Part shown: piece by piece, positions 16,785-24,585 of the stretch
How positions within the stretch are numbered: position 1 is the first letter of the stretch
Layout: the number at the start of each line of letters is the position of its first letter
Assembly (NCBI GenBank): GCA_026786145.1
Contig: JAJAYQ010000051.1
Location: 1-44,554, forward strand
DNA from: Spirochaetaceae bacterium
GTDB taxonomy: Bacteria; Actinomycetota; Actinomycetes; JACCUZ01
Direction: 5' to 3'
DNA: 44,554 bases
Translations under genes and position numbers: made by a program
The notes under the pieces: generated by a model
What the model was told of the DNA's origin: nothing
Databases searched by the model: none
The model's input: only the letters and a program-made list of their open reading frames with translations

Positions 16785-18916
16785 CTGGGCCCAGAACCAG
16801 CGGAGGTACGGCGGGACGGCCCGCCCGAGCCGGGCTGCTCGGCCTCCTCGTCCTCGCGGTCCTCGCGGTCACAGTGCCTGCGTGGGCGGTCCGGGGTGCG
16901 GTGGCGCCGGACGAGCCGGTGGTCATCACCCTGGAGACGCTGCTCCCCGGCCTGGCGCGACCGGGCACCGACCTGCAGCTCACCGGCGCGCTGGACAACA
17001 CCGGGACGCAGGACCTGCGCAACGTCGAGGTCAGGCTGCGGCTGTCCCAGACCCACCTCAACAGCCGCTCCGAGCTCGCTGCGGTGGCAGCGAACAGGAC
17101 ATCGAGCCGTGACGGCGAGGTCATCGCGTCCCGTGCCCTGCCCGACCTCGGCGCCGGCCAGAGCCAGCCCTTCGACCTGTCCCGTCCGGTCGACGACCTC
17201 CCGGCGCTCACCGGCTTCGGCGTCTATGTCGTGGGGGTCGAGGTGCTGGCCAGCCGCAGCTCCGGCTTCGGCCGGGTCGCGATTCTGCGCACCCTGCTGC
17301 CGTGGGTGCCCGCGGAACCCGACTTCGAGGCGACGGGCTTCACCTGGCTGTGGCCCCTGGTGGCCCGCCCGGTCCGCCTCGCCGACGGGACCTTCGCCGA
17401 CGACTCGCTGGCAGCGGAGCTGCAGCCGGGCGGACGGCTGTCGCGGCTGCTGGAGGCCGGCGTGCGCCTGGAGCAGGGCGCCGGGCTCACCTGGGCCGTC
17501 GACCCCGAGCTGCTCGACGCCGTTGCGGAGATGGCCGACGAGAACGGCTACGAGGTCCTCGCACCGGACCGGTCGCTGGTCCCGGGGGAGGGCTCCGCCG
17601 TCGCCGCCGGATGGATCGATCGGCTGCGGGCCGCGACCGCCGGCCGCGAAGTGCTGGTGCTGCCCTACGGCGACCCCGACGTCACGGCCATGACCCGGGC
17701 CGGGCTGGGCACGGACCTCGTGCGCGCCCTGGTCCAAGGTCAGGAGGTCGTGGCGGCGGCGCTGCCCGCGGCCGACGCCCTGCTGGACACGGCCTGGCCG
17801 GTGGACGGCTTCACCAACCGCGACACGCTGGCCGCCCTGGGCGCCGCCGGGTCCGCGGCCGTCGTCCTCGACGGCCGGGCCGTGCCGACCGTCATCGACC
17901 TCAGCTACACCCCCGCCGGGCGGGCTCACGTGGCGAGCAGATCCCACCGCCTCTCCGGCCTGCTGGCCGAGCCGGGGCTCGCCGAGCTGCTCCTCCGCCG
18001 GGGCTCTGACCCGCTCCTGGGTGCGCAGCGGCTGCTGGCGGAGACCGCGATGATCACCTCCGAGCTGCCGGGAGCGGGCCCCGGACGCACGATCCTGGTG
18101 ATGCCGCCGCGGCGGTGGGACCCGTCCCAGGAGTACCTCGACCGGTTGGCCGAGGTCGGCGCCCAGGCCCCGTGGATGGCACCGGTCAGCCTGGCCGAGG
18201 CGGGCGCGCTGGACCCGCCCGAGGTCGACCGCGGACCGCTGCGCTACCCGGCCGCCCAGCGCGCGCAGGAGCTGCCCGCCCCCTACCTGAGCGCTCTCGA
18301 CAGCATGCGGTCGAGCATCGCGGTGTTCTCCACGATCCTCACCGACCCCGACCAGCTCATCCCCTCCCTCGACCGGGCGGTGCTGCTGCTGGAGTCGAGC
18401 TGGTGGCGGGAGCGCGACTCGCGAGCCATCCGGCTGAACAGGGAGAGGGGCTACCTCGCCGACCTGCGCGGCGAGGTGCGGGTGCAACCCGGCAGCTTCA
18501 CCTTCAGCAGCCGGCGCGGCACCATCCCGCTCACGGTGGCCAACGGCCTGGACCAGGACGTCCGCGTGGTGCTGCGGCTGCAGCCGCAGACCATCCAGCT
18601 GCAGCTCGAGCAGCCACGCCAGCCGATCCGCATCGGACCCCGGCAGAAGACACAGCGAGAGGTGGACGCTGTCGCCGTGGCGGGCGGGGACGTCCTTGTC
18701 GACGTGACGCTGGAGACCCGCGAGGGCGCGCCGTACGGCCAGCCGGTGCAGGTACGGATATCGATCACCGACTACGGCACGGTCGCCCTCTACATCACCG
18801 TCGCCGCCGCTGCGGTGCTCTTCCTGACCGCGGGTGTCCGGATCCTGCAGCGCGTGCGCGCCGCCCGCCGAGCCAGCGAGCGCGAGGGGCCTCCGCTCCC
18901 GGACCGAACGCCATGA
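16781..18916 (+). CDS. DUF6049-family secreted/membrane-anchored protein (Mtb Rv3909-like, conserved upstream of murJ)
   Basis: The 711-aa protein has an N-terminal signal/TM ([18 protein letters not shown]) and a C-terminal TM ([19 protein letters not shown]). GTGA overlaps the Nudix stop and ATGA overlaps the murJ start. Confidence 0.75.
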   Translation: MTGPRTSGGTAGRPARAGLLGLLVLAVLAVTVPAWAVRGAVAPDEPVVITLETLLPGLARPGTDLQLTGALDNTGTQDLRNVEVRLRLSQTHLNSRSELAAVAANRTSSRDGEVIASRALPDLGAGQSQPFDLSRPVDDLPALTGFGVYVVGVEVLASRSSGFGRVAILRTLLPWVPAEPDFEATGFTWLWPLVARPVRLADGTFADDSLAAELQPGGRLSRLLEAGVRLEQGAGLTWAVDPELLDAVAEMADENGYEVLAPDRSLVPGEGSAVAAGWIDRLRAATAGREVLVLPYGDPDVTAMTRAGLGTDLVRALVQGQEVVAAALPAADALLDTAWPVDGFTNRDTLAALGAAGSAAVVLDGRAVPTVIDLSYTPAGRAHVASRSHRLSGLLAEPGLAELLLRRGSDPLLGAQRLLAETAMITSELPGAGPGRTILVMPPRRWDPSQEYLDRLAEVGAQAPWMAPVSLAEAGALDPPEVDRGPLRYPAAQRAQELPAPYLSALDSMRSSIAVFSTILTDPDQLIPSLDRAVLLLESSWWRERDSRAIRLNRERGYLADLRGEVRVQPGSFTFSSRRGTIPLTVANGLDQDVRVVLRLQPQTIQLQLEQPRQPIRIGPRQKTQREVDAVAVAGGDVLVDVTLETREGAPYGQPVQVRISITDYGTVALYITVAAAAVLFLTAGVRILQRVRAARRASEREGPPLPDRTP

Positions 18917-20550
18917 CCGACCCCGTCGAGGGGGTGGCGTTGGTGCGCAACAGCACCGTCATGGCCGCCGGCACCGTCGTGTCGCGCATGCTGGGCTTCG
19001 TCCGCAGCACTGTCCTCGCGGCCGCACTCGGCACTGCCCTCACCGGCACGGCGTTCACGGTCGCCAACACCGTGCCCAACATCATCTACATCCTGCTGGC
19101 GGGCGGGGTGCTCAACGCGGTCCTCGTCCCGCAGCTGGTCCGGGCGATGAAGCACGGCGCCGCGAGCTCCCGGGCCTACACCGACGGTCTCCTCACCGTC
19201 GCCGCGCTGCTCCTGGTGGCGGTGACCGTCGTCGCGACGCTCGCCGCCCCGCTGGTCATCTCGCTGTACAACTTCGGGTCGCTGCGCTCGTCGGACTCAG
19301 CCGTGGCGACCATGTTCGCCTACTGGTGTCTGCCGCAGATCCTCTTCTACGGGCTCTACACCGTGCTCGGCCAGGTGCTGACCGCCCGCGGCAGCTTCGG
19401 ACCGATGATGTGGGCGCCGATCGTCAACAACCTGGTCGCCATCGTCACCGGCCTGTCGTTCATCGCCCTCTTCACGGTGCAGCCCGACGACCCGACCTCG
19501 CTCACCGACGGGGCGGTGGCCTTCCTCGGCGCCGGCACCACGCTGGGGGTCGCGCTGCAGGCGCTCGTGCTGCTGCCGGTCCTGCGTCGCACGGGCTTCG
19601 GGTGGCGGCCGCGCCTCGACGTCCGCGGGCTGGGGCTGCGGCGCACCGGTGACCTCGCCCGCTGGACCTTCCTGTTCGTCCTGGTCAACCAGCTCGCCTA
19701 CGTCGTGATCGTCAACCTCGGTGTCCGGGCGGACGTCGCGGCCGAGGAGCAGGGGGTCGGCTACGGCGTCGGCTACGTCGCCTATGCCTACGCCTACCTG
19801 GTGTTCCTGCTGCCGCACTCGATCGTCACGGTCTCGGTGGTGACCGGCATGTTGCCGCGGCTGAGCAGCGATGCCGCAGACGGCAGGCTCACCGACGTCC
19901 GGCACCAGCTCTCCGAGGCGTGGCGCCTCACCGCGGTGCCGGTCGTCCTGGCCGCCGCCGGCTACGTCGCGCTCGGGCCGGACCTCGCCGGTGTCCTGTA
20001 CTCCGGCACGTCGGTCGAGGGCGCCCGGTACATCGGCCTGATCGTCGCTGCTCTCGCGGTCGGCCTCCCCGCCTTCTCGGCGCAGTACATCGCGCTGCGG
20101 GGCTTCTACGCGTTCGAGGACACCCGCACCCCGTTCCTTCTCCAGTGCGCCATCGCCGCGACCAATGTCGCCCTCGCGCTGGCCGCCTACGCCTTCCTCC
20201 CGCTGCGGGGGAAGATGATCGGCGTCGCCGCGGCGTACGCCCTGACCTATGTCCTCGGGCTGGCCCTGTCCACGGCCGTGCTGCGGCGGCGGGTCGGCGG
20301 CCTGGACGGCCCGCGCGTGCTCCGGACGTACGCCCGGCTGGTCACCGCCGCCGTCCCCTCGGCGCTCGCGGGCTGGGGCGTGTCGTGGCTGGTGGCGCGC
20401 CGGCTCGGGGACGGGCTCAGCGGCTCGGTCGCCTCGCTCGCCGCCGGGGGCGCGGTCCTGCTGGTGCTGTACCTGCTGCTCGGGCGGGCCCTGCGGGTCC
20501 GGGAGCTGGCCGCCCTGGCGACCTTCGTGCGAGCACGCGCCGGGCGCTGA
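18913..20550 (+). CDS. murJ: lipid II flippase MurJ/MviN (flippase domain only, 545 aa)
   Basis: The product starts [38 protein letters not shown] and contains FTVANTVPN..Y.LLAGGVLNAVLVPQLV. ATG 18913 was chosen inside the 18115..20550 ORF. Confidence 0.9.
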   Translation: MTDPVEGVALVRNSTVMAAGTVVSRMLGFVRSTVLAAALGTALTGTAFTVANTVPNIIYILLAGGVLNAVLVPQLVRAMKHGAASSRAYTDGLLTVAALLLVAVTVVATLAAPLVISLYNFGSLRSSDSAVATMFAYWCLPQILFYGLYTVLGQVLTARGSFGPMMWAPIVNNLVAIVTGLSFIALFTVQPDDPTSLTDGAVAFLGAGTTLGVALQALVLLPVLRRTGFGWRPRLDVRGLGLRRTGDLARWTFLFVLVNQLAYVVIVNLGVRADVAAEEQGVGYGVGYVAYAYAYLVFLLPHSIVTVSVVTGMLPRLSSDAADGRLTDVRHQLSEAWRLTAVPVVLAAAGYVALGPDLAGVLYSGTSVEGARYIGLIVAALAVGLPAFSAQYIALRGFYAFEDTRTPFLLQCAIAATNVALALAAYAFLPLRGKMIGVAAAYALTYVLGLALSTAVLRRRVGGLDGPRVLRTYARLVTAAVPSALAGWGVSWLVARRLGDGLSGSVASLAAGGAVLLVLYLLLGRALRVRELAALATFVRARAGR

Positions 20551-20588
20551 TCCTCAAGCCCGCGTCCCCGGCCGCCGACTGTTAGGGC

Positions 20589-21023
20589 ATGCAGTTCTCC
20601 GCTCACCTGGCAGCCCAGGCAGCCCAGCGCTGCGCCCACCCCGACCGGGGCGACATCGTGCTGAGCTGGCTCACCAGGCTCGTTGTCATCTTCGGCCTCG
20701 CCGGGGTCGTCTTCTTCGACGCCATCTCGGTCGGCGTCACAGCTACGACACTCAGCGACCAGGGCAACTACGCCGCCCGCGACGCGTCCGAGGAGTGGCA
20801 GACGACCAAGAGCGTCCAGAAGGCGTACGACACGGCGGTCAAGACGGCCGTCGAGGCCAACCCGCTGAACACGGTCGACCCGGTGTCCTTCCGGGTCGAC
20901 GACGACAACACCGTGCACCTGACCATCTCCCGCGAGGCCACCACCCTGGTGCTCTACCGCTGGAGCCGCACCGCGGGCTGGGCGCAACTCGACCGCGAGG
21001 CCAAGGGCAAGAGCGTCGCCTGA
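20589..21023 (+). CDS. small hypothetical membrane protein (one N-terminal TM)
   Basis: The 144-aa ORF has the TM LTRLVVIFGLAGVVFFDAISVGV followed by a soluble domain. I do not recognise the family. The start is uncertain (ATG 20589 or GTG 20658). Confidence 0.5.
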   Translation: MQFSAHLAAQAAQRCAHPDRGDIVLSWLTRLVVIFGLAGVVFFDAISVGVTATTLSDQGNYAARDASEEWQTTKSVQKAYDTAVKTAVEANPLNTVDPVSFRVDDDNTVHLTISREATTLVLYRWSRTAGWAQLDREAKGKSVA

Positions 21024-21129
21024 GTCGCCGGGTGGATGAGCGCCCGGCGTCCTGAGGACTGAGGTCCGGGGCTCGCGGGTAGAGCGGCCTACGATGGTCG
21101 CGCCCGCCTCCGAGCTGGCATGCAGCAAC

Positions 21130-21178
21130 CTGCACCGACCTTCGTCAACTGCATCGACCTGCATCGACCTGCGCCGCC
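21130..21178 (+). repeat. phased 10-bp repeats CTGCAYCGAC upstream of pseudokinase gene
   Basis: ctgcaccgac is at 21130-21139 and ctgcatcgac at 21149-21158 and 21159-21168, with a degenerate ctgcgccgcc at 21169-21178. A CCTACGAT -10-like element lies at 21091-21098. Confidence 0.6.
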
Positions 21179-21188
21179 GAGGAGAACA

Positions 21189-22781
21189 GTGCCGGACGTC
21201 GTCGAGCCGGGAACCCGGCTCGTGGAGCGCTACCGCCTGGACGAACGTCTCGGCGGACCCGACCACGCCGACCACCCCGACCACGCAGCAGCGCCGGACC
21301 ATAGTGCCGCGCCGGACCATAGTGCTGCGCCGGGCCATAGTGCTGCGCCGGGCGAGACGATGACGTACTGGCGGGCCCACGACGAGCTGTTGGAGCGTCC
21401 GGTCGGCATCTGTCTCCTGCGGGCCGGGGACGTTCATGCAGGTCAGGTCCTGCGCGCCGCCCGCAAGGCCGCGGTCCTCACCGACTCCCGCTTCCTGCGG
21501 GTTCTCGATGCGAGCGAGGTCGACGGCGTGGTCTACGTCGTCAGCGAGTGGGTCAGCGCCACCCACCTGGTCGACCTCCTGTCCGACGGGCCCCTCCCCC
21601 CGGAGGATGCCCGCGCACTGACCATCGAGGTCGCCGGGGCGCTCGCCGCTGCCCACGAGGCGGGTCTGGCCCATCTCTGCCTCGCTCCCGAGCACGTCCT
21701 GCGGACCGCGCACGGGCAGGTCAAGCTGGCGGGACTGGGCGTGGACGCCGCCGCCAGGGGCATCGCGGCCGCGGTCCCGGCCGAGGCCGCCGCGCGCGAC
21801 ACCCAGGCCGCCGCCGGCCTGCTCTACGCGTGCCTCACCGCCCGCTGGCCCGGCAGCTCGGCCTCCACGCTTCCCGCGGCACCCCACGACGGGGTCGATC
21901 TCGTTCGCCCGCGCCAGGTCCGGGCAGGAGTCCCGGACGACCTCGACAACGTGGTCTGCCGGGCACTCGGCGTTCCTGGGCGCCACGGCGGTGGACCGCT
22001 GCGGACGCCCGGCGAGCTCGTCGCCGCGCTCGGCGAGACCTCCTCCGGGCGGACGGTCACCGCGCGGCTGCCCGCCGCCGCACCGGCCGCCCGGGACGAT
22101 CGTCGCGCCGTCACCAGCCCGGCGTACGTCTCGGTGTACGACGACCAGGGGCCCCCACGTCGTCGCTTCCGACCGGTCACCGCCCTCTGGTTGCTGGTCG
22201 CCGTCATGCTGCTCGCCGGCCTCGTGCTCGCGGTCGCCCAGCTGCTCGGCAACGGTGGCGGCGGCACCGACGCGGCCCAGGGGCCGGACGGCACGAAGGA
22301 GTCGCCCTCCGCCGCCGCGGACGGACAACCGGTCACGGTGACCGCCACCACCACCTTCGACCCACTGCCCGACGGCACCGGCGAGGAGAACTCCGACCGG
22401 GCCGCCCTCGCCGTGGACGGCGACGCCGACACGGCCTGGCCCACGAAGACCTACGACGACCCGTTCGGGCCGGCAGGCATCAAGGACGGGGTCGGGCTGG
22501 TCCTCGACCTGGGTGAGGCGCGCGACGTGGCCGGGGTCACCGTCACCGTCGAGGGCGGTGCGACCGATCTCGAGGTCCGGGTGGCGCAGAACGAAGGCTC
22601 GGCCCTGCGCGACTACGCGCCGTTCGGGGCGGCGGCCACCGCCGACCCCCGGGTCGAGGTGCGGTCCGACAAACCGGTCCGGGGGCGGTACGTCCTGGTC
22701 TGGCTGACCTCGTTGCCTGCCGCGGACGGGGGCTACCGCGGTGAGGTCTCCGAGGTGACGGTCAGCTCGCCGCCCCGGTGA
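21189..22781 (+). CDS. MviN-type pseudokinase with TM segment and extracytoplasmic discoidin/carbohydrate-binding-like domain
   Basis: The fold is kinase-like (YRLDERLG...YVVSEWV...LAAAHEAGLAHLCLAPEHVL...VKLAGLG...LLYACLTARWP) but the catalytic K, HRD-Asp and DFG are all substituted. A TM (ALWLLVAVMLLAGLVLAVAQLL) follows, then a C-terminal domain with AVDGD.DTAW and GRYVLVWLT. GTG 21189 is preceded by GAGGAGA. Confidence 0.8.
   Translation: MPDVVEPGTRLVERYRLDERLGGPDHADHPDHAAAPDHSAAPDHSAAPGHSAAPGETMTYWRAHDELLERPVGICLLRAGDVHAGQVLRAARKAAVLTDSRFLRVLDASEVDGVVYVVSEWVSATHLVDLLSDGPLPPEDARALTIEVAGALAAAHEAGLAHLCLAPEHVLRTAHGQVKLAGLGVDAAARGIAAAVPAEAAARDTQAAAGLLYACLTARWPGSSASTLPAAPHDGVDLVRPRQVRAGVPDDLDNVVCRALGVPGRHGGGPLRTPGELVAALGETSSGRTVTARLPAAAPAARDDRRAVTSPAYVSVYDDQGPPRRRFRPVTALWLLVAVMLLAGLVLAVAQLLGNGGGGTDAAQGPDGTKESPSAAADGQPVTVTATTTFDPLPDGTGEENSDRAALAVDGDADTAWPTKTYDDPFGPAGIKDGVGLVLDLGEARDVAGVTVTVEGGATDLEVRVAQNEGSALRDYAPFGAAATADPRVEVRSDKPVRGRYVLVWLTSLPAADGGYRGEVSEVTVSSPPR
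21261..21352 (+). repeat. in-frame coding tandem repeats: 3 x 9 bp (gaccacgcc-like, DH[A/P]) then ~3.4 x 18 bp (gcgccggaccatagtgcc, AAPDHS)
   Basis: Direct reading. The region encodes PDHADHPDHAAAPDHSAAPDHSAAPGHSAAPGE at the position where a kinase glycine-rich loop would be. It uses cat/agt codons that are unusual for this DNA. Confidence 0.9.
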
Positions 22782-22842
22782 CCGGCGTGCTTGAGGTGCA
22801 CCGACGTCCTGCCGACCTAGTCTCGGACGGGTAGCGGCCGAG

Positions 22843-22885
22843 CAGTCGGGCAGTCGAGCAGCCGGGCAGTCGGGCAGTCGAGCAG
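22843..22885 (+). repeat. 19-nt exact direct repeat cagtcgggcagtcgagcag at 24-nt period immediately upstream of the ECF sigma gene
   Basis: The copies are at 22843-22861 and 22867-22885. The sub-motif gggcagtcg occurs 3 times. Confidence 0.85.
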
Positions 22886-22897
22886 GTGGAGGGCGAC

Positions 22898-23560
22898 GTG
22901 ACGGAAGGGCCGGGAGACGCCCGTTCCGACACCGAGCTGATCGGCGCGCACGCCGCGGGTGACCCGGACGCGTTCGGCGAGCTGGTCCGGCGGCACCGGG
23001 ACCGAATGTGGGCAGTCGCACTACGCACCACCGGTGACCGCGAGGAGGCGGCTGACGCCCTGCAGGACGCGCTGGTCAAGGCGTTCCGCGCCGGAGCCTC
23101 CAGTGCCTTTCGTGGAGAGGCGGCCGTCACCACCTGGCTGCACCGGATCGTGGTCAACGCCTGCCTGGACCGGGCCCGGCGGCGGGCGGTCCGCCCCGCG
23201 GTCCCGCTGCCCGAGCACGACCTGCCGTCTACCGGCGCCGACGCGATCTCCGGCCGCGAGACCGCGCTCGACGTCGCGGCGGCGCTGGCCACGCTGCCCG
23301 TGGAGCAGCGCGCGGCTCTCGTGCTCGTCGACATGTACGGGTGGTCGGTCGAGGACGCCGCCGCCGTCCTGGAGTGCCCCACCGGAACCGTCAAGAGCCG
23401 CTGTGCGCGCGGCCGCGCCCGCCTGCTCCCCCTGCTGCGCCAGGACGACGGGAACCGCCGGCCCGCCGCCGACGTCCCACCGCAGACGTCCACGGCCGAG
23501 CCGGGCCAACCGACACAGGACGCGCCCGACCATTCCCCGCTAGGAGGTGAGCAGCCGTGA
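22898..23560 (+). CDS. ECF (group 4) RNA polymerase sigma factor (position equivalent to Mtb SigM / S. coelicolor SigT)
   Basis: Region 2 (FGELVRRHRDRMWAVALRTTGDREEAADALQDALVKAF, TWLHRIVVNACLDRAR) and region 4 (LPVEQRAALVLVDMYGWSVEDAAAVLECPTGTVKSRCARGRARL) are present. GTG 22898 follows GGAGGG; GTG 22886 is the alternative. Confidence 0.9.
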   Translation: MTEGPGDARSDTELIGAHAAGDPDAFGELVRRHRDRMWAVALRTTGDREEAADALQDALVKAFRAGASSAFRGEAAVTTWLHRIVVNACLDRARRRAVRPAVPLPEHDLPSTGADAISGRETALDVAAALATLPVEQRAALVLVDMYGWSVEDAAAVLECPTGTVKSRCARGRARLLPLLRQDDGNRRPAADVPPQTSTAEPGQPTQDAPDHSPLGGEQP

Positions 23561-24495
23561 CCGATGACACTGATCGCACCGAAGGCGTTGACAGCACCGG
23601 ACCGGCGGAGCACCTCAGCACCGAGACGATCGCTGACCTGCAGGAGGGCCTGCTCGAGCACGAACCGGCCCAACGGGCCCAGGGCCACCTGTTGAGCTGC
23701 CCGGTGTGCGCCGCGGAGGACCGCGCGCTGAAGGACGTCCCCCGGCTGCTGGTCGCGGCCGGCGATGCCGGGCCGACGCCGGCGGACGTCGTTGACCGAG
23801 TCGACGCGGCACTCGCTGCCGAGCCGTCCGTGCGCCCGGCCGGAGCGGCCACGGTGACGGCGCTGGCCGACCACAGCAGTCGGCCTGGTGGGCCGCGACC
23901 GCCCCTGGGCATGCGCGTGCTGCAGGCGGCCGCAGTGCTTGTCGTCCTGCTGGCCGGTGCAGCGCTCGCCGTCTCCGCCTGGAGCGGCGGGTCCGACACC
24001 AACACCAACGCCGACTCCTCGGCCGGCGCCACCGCCCAGGGCGCGCCCGAGGCCGCGAGCGCCTATTCGGTCACCGCCAGCGGACGGAACTGGGACGAGA
24101 AGTCCGTCACCGCTGCGGTGCCCGAGCTGGTGGCCGGCGCCTTCGGCTCGCTGGCGCCCTCCGCCGCAGCGTCGGGACCCGATGGCGGATCGGCCGGCGG
24201 CGGCTCGGGCGGCGGCGGCTCGGGCGGCGATGACTCGGACGGCAGGGCACGGGACCTGGCTGCCGCTCCGGCCGCCCGGCTCGCCGACGGGCCCGCGCTT
24301 GCCGAGTGCGTCGGCCGGCTCAACCTTGGCCCCGTGACCCCCCTGGCCGTCGACATCGCCCGGTGGAAGGGCTCGCCGGCCGGGGTGATCGTGCTGCCGA
24401 CCCCGGACGACCCCGCGACCGTGGACGTCTTCGTCGTCGAGCCGTCCTGCCCGGACGGGACCTTCCTCTTCTTCACCAGGGCGCCGCGTCCCTGA
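23557..24495 (+). CDS. membrane anti-sigma factor with zinc-binding ZAS motif
   Basis: GTGA overlaps the sigma stop. The H-x3-C-x2-C motif HLLSCPVCA is present, followed by a single TM (VLQAAAVLVVLLAGAALAV) and an extracytoplasmic C-domain. Confidence 0.8.
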   Translation: MTDDTDRTEGVDSTGPAEHLSTETIADLQEGLLEHEPAQRAQGHLLSCPVCAAEDRALKDVPRLLVAAGDAGPTPADVVDRVDAALAAEPSVRPAGAATVTALADHSSRPGGPRPPLGMRVLQAAAVLVVLLAGAALAVSAWSGGSDTNTNADSSAGATAQGAPEAASAYSVTASGRNWDEKSVTAAVPELVAGAFGSLAPSAAASGPDGGSAGGGSGGGGSGGDDSDGRARDLAAAPAARLADGPALAECVGRLNLGPVTPLAVDIARWKGSPAGVIVLPTPDDPATVDVFVVEPSCPDGTFLFFTRAPRP

Positions 24496-24503
24496 CCGGT
24501 CGG

Positions 24504-24529
24504 GGAATGCCGGCCACCTACGATCGGTT
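24504..24529 (+). promoter_or_regulatory. SigR/SigH-type promoter GGAAT-N18-GTT upstream of trxB
   Basis: GGAAT is at 24504-24508, followed by an 18-nt spacer and GTT at 24527-24529, about 57 nt upstream of the trxB start. A TACGAT hexamer at 24519-24524 overlaps it and could be a housekeeping -10. Confidence 0.55.
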
Positions 24530-24585
24530 CCACCGACCGGAGACACATTCCGGTGCCGCCGACCAGGAAAGGTCGCAGGACGCTC

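Noticed and set aside
16174-17211. N-terminal 346 codons of the 838-aa ORF that ends as cca.
   Set aside because: The stretch is Arg/Pro-rich with no domain. It overlaps the Nudix and DUF6049 genes on the opposite strand. The CCA-enzyme homology begins only at MPQPAPG (16173).
20247-23021. 924-aa minus-strand ORF. Similar giant antisense ORFs include 4100..5392, 5337..6671, 16724..18487, 22762..24546, 38103..39116 and 40086..41879.
   Set aside because: The products are Arg/Pro/Gly/Ala-rich and low in complexity, with no recognisable motifs. Each lies antisense to genes with unmistakable conserved signatures. They are typical stop-codon-poor shadow frames of high-GC DNA.
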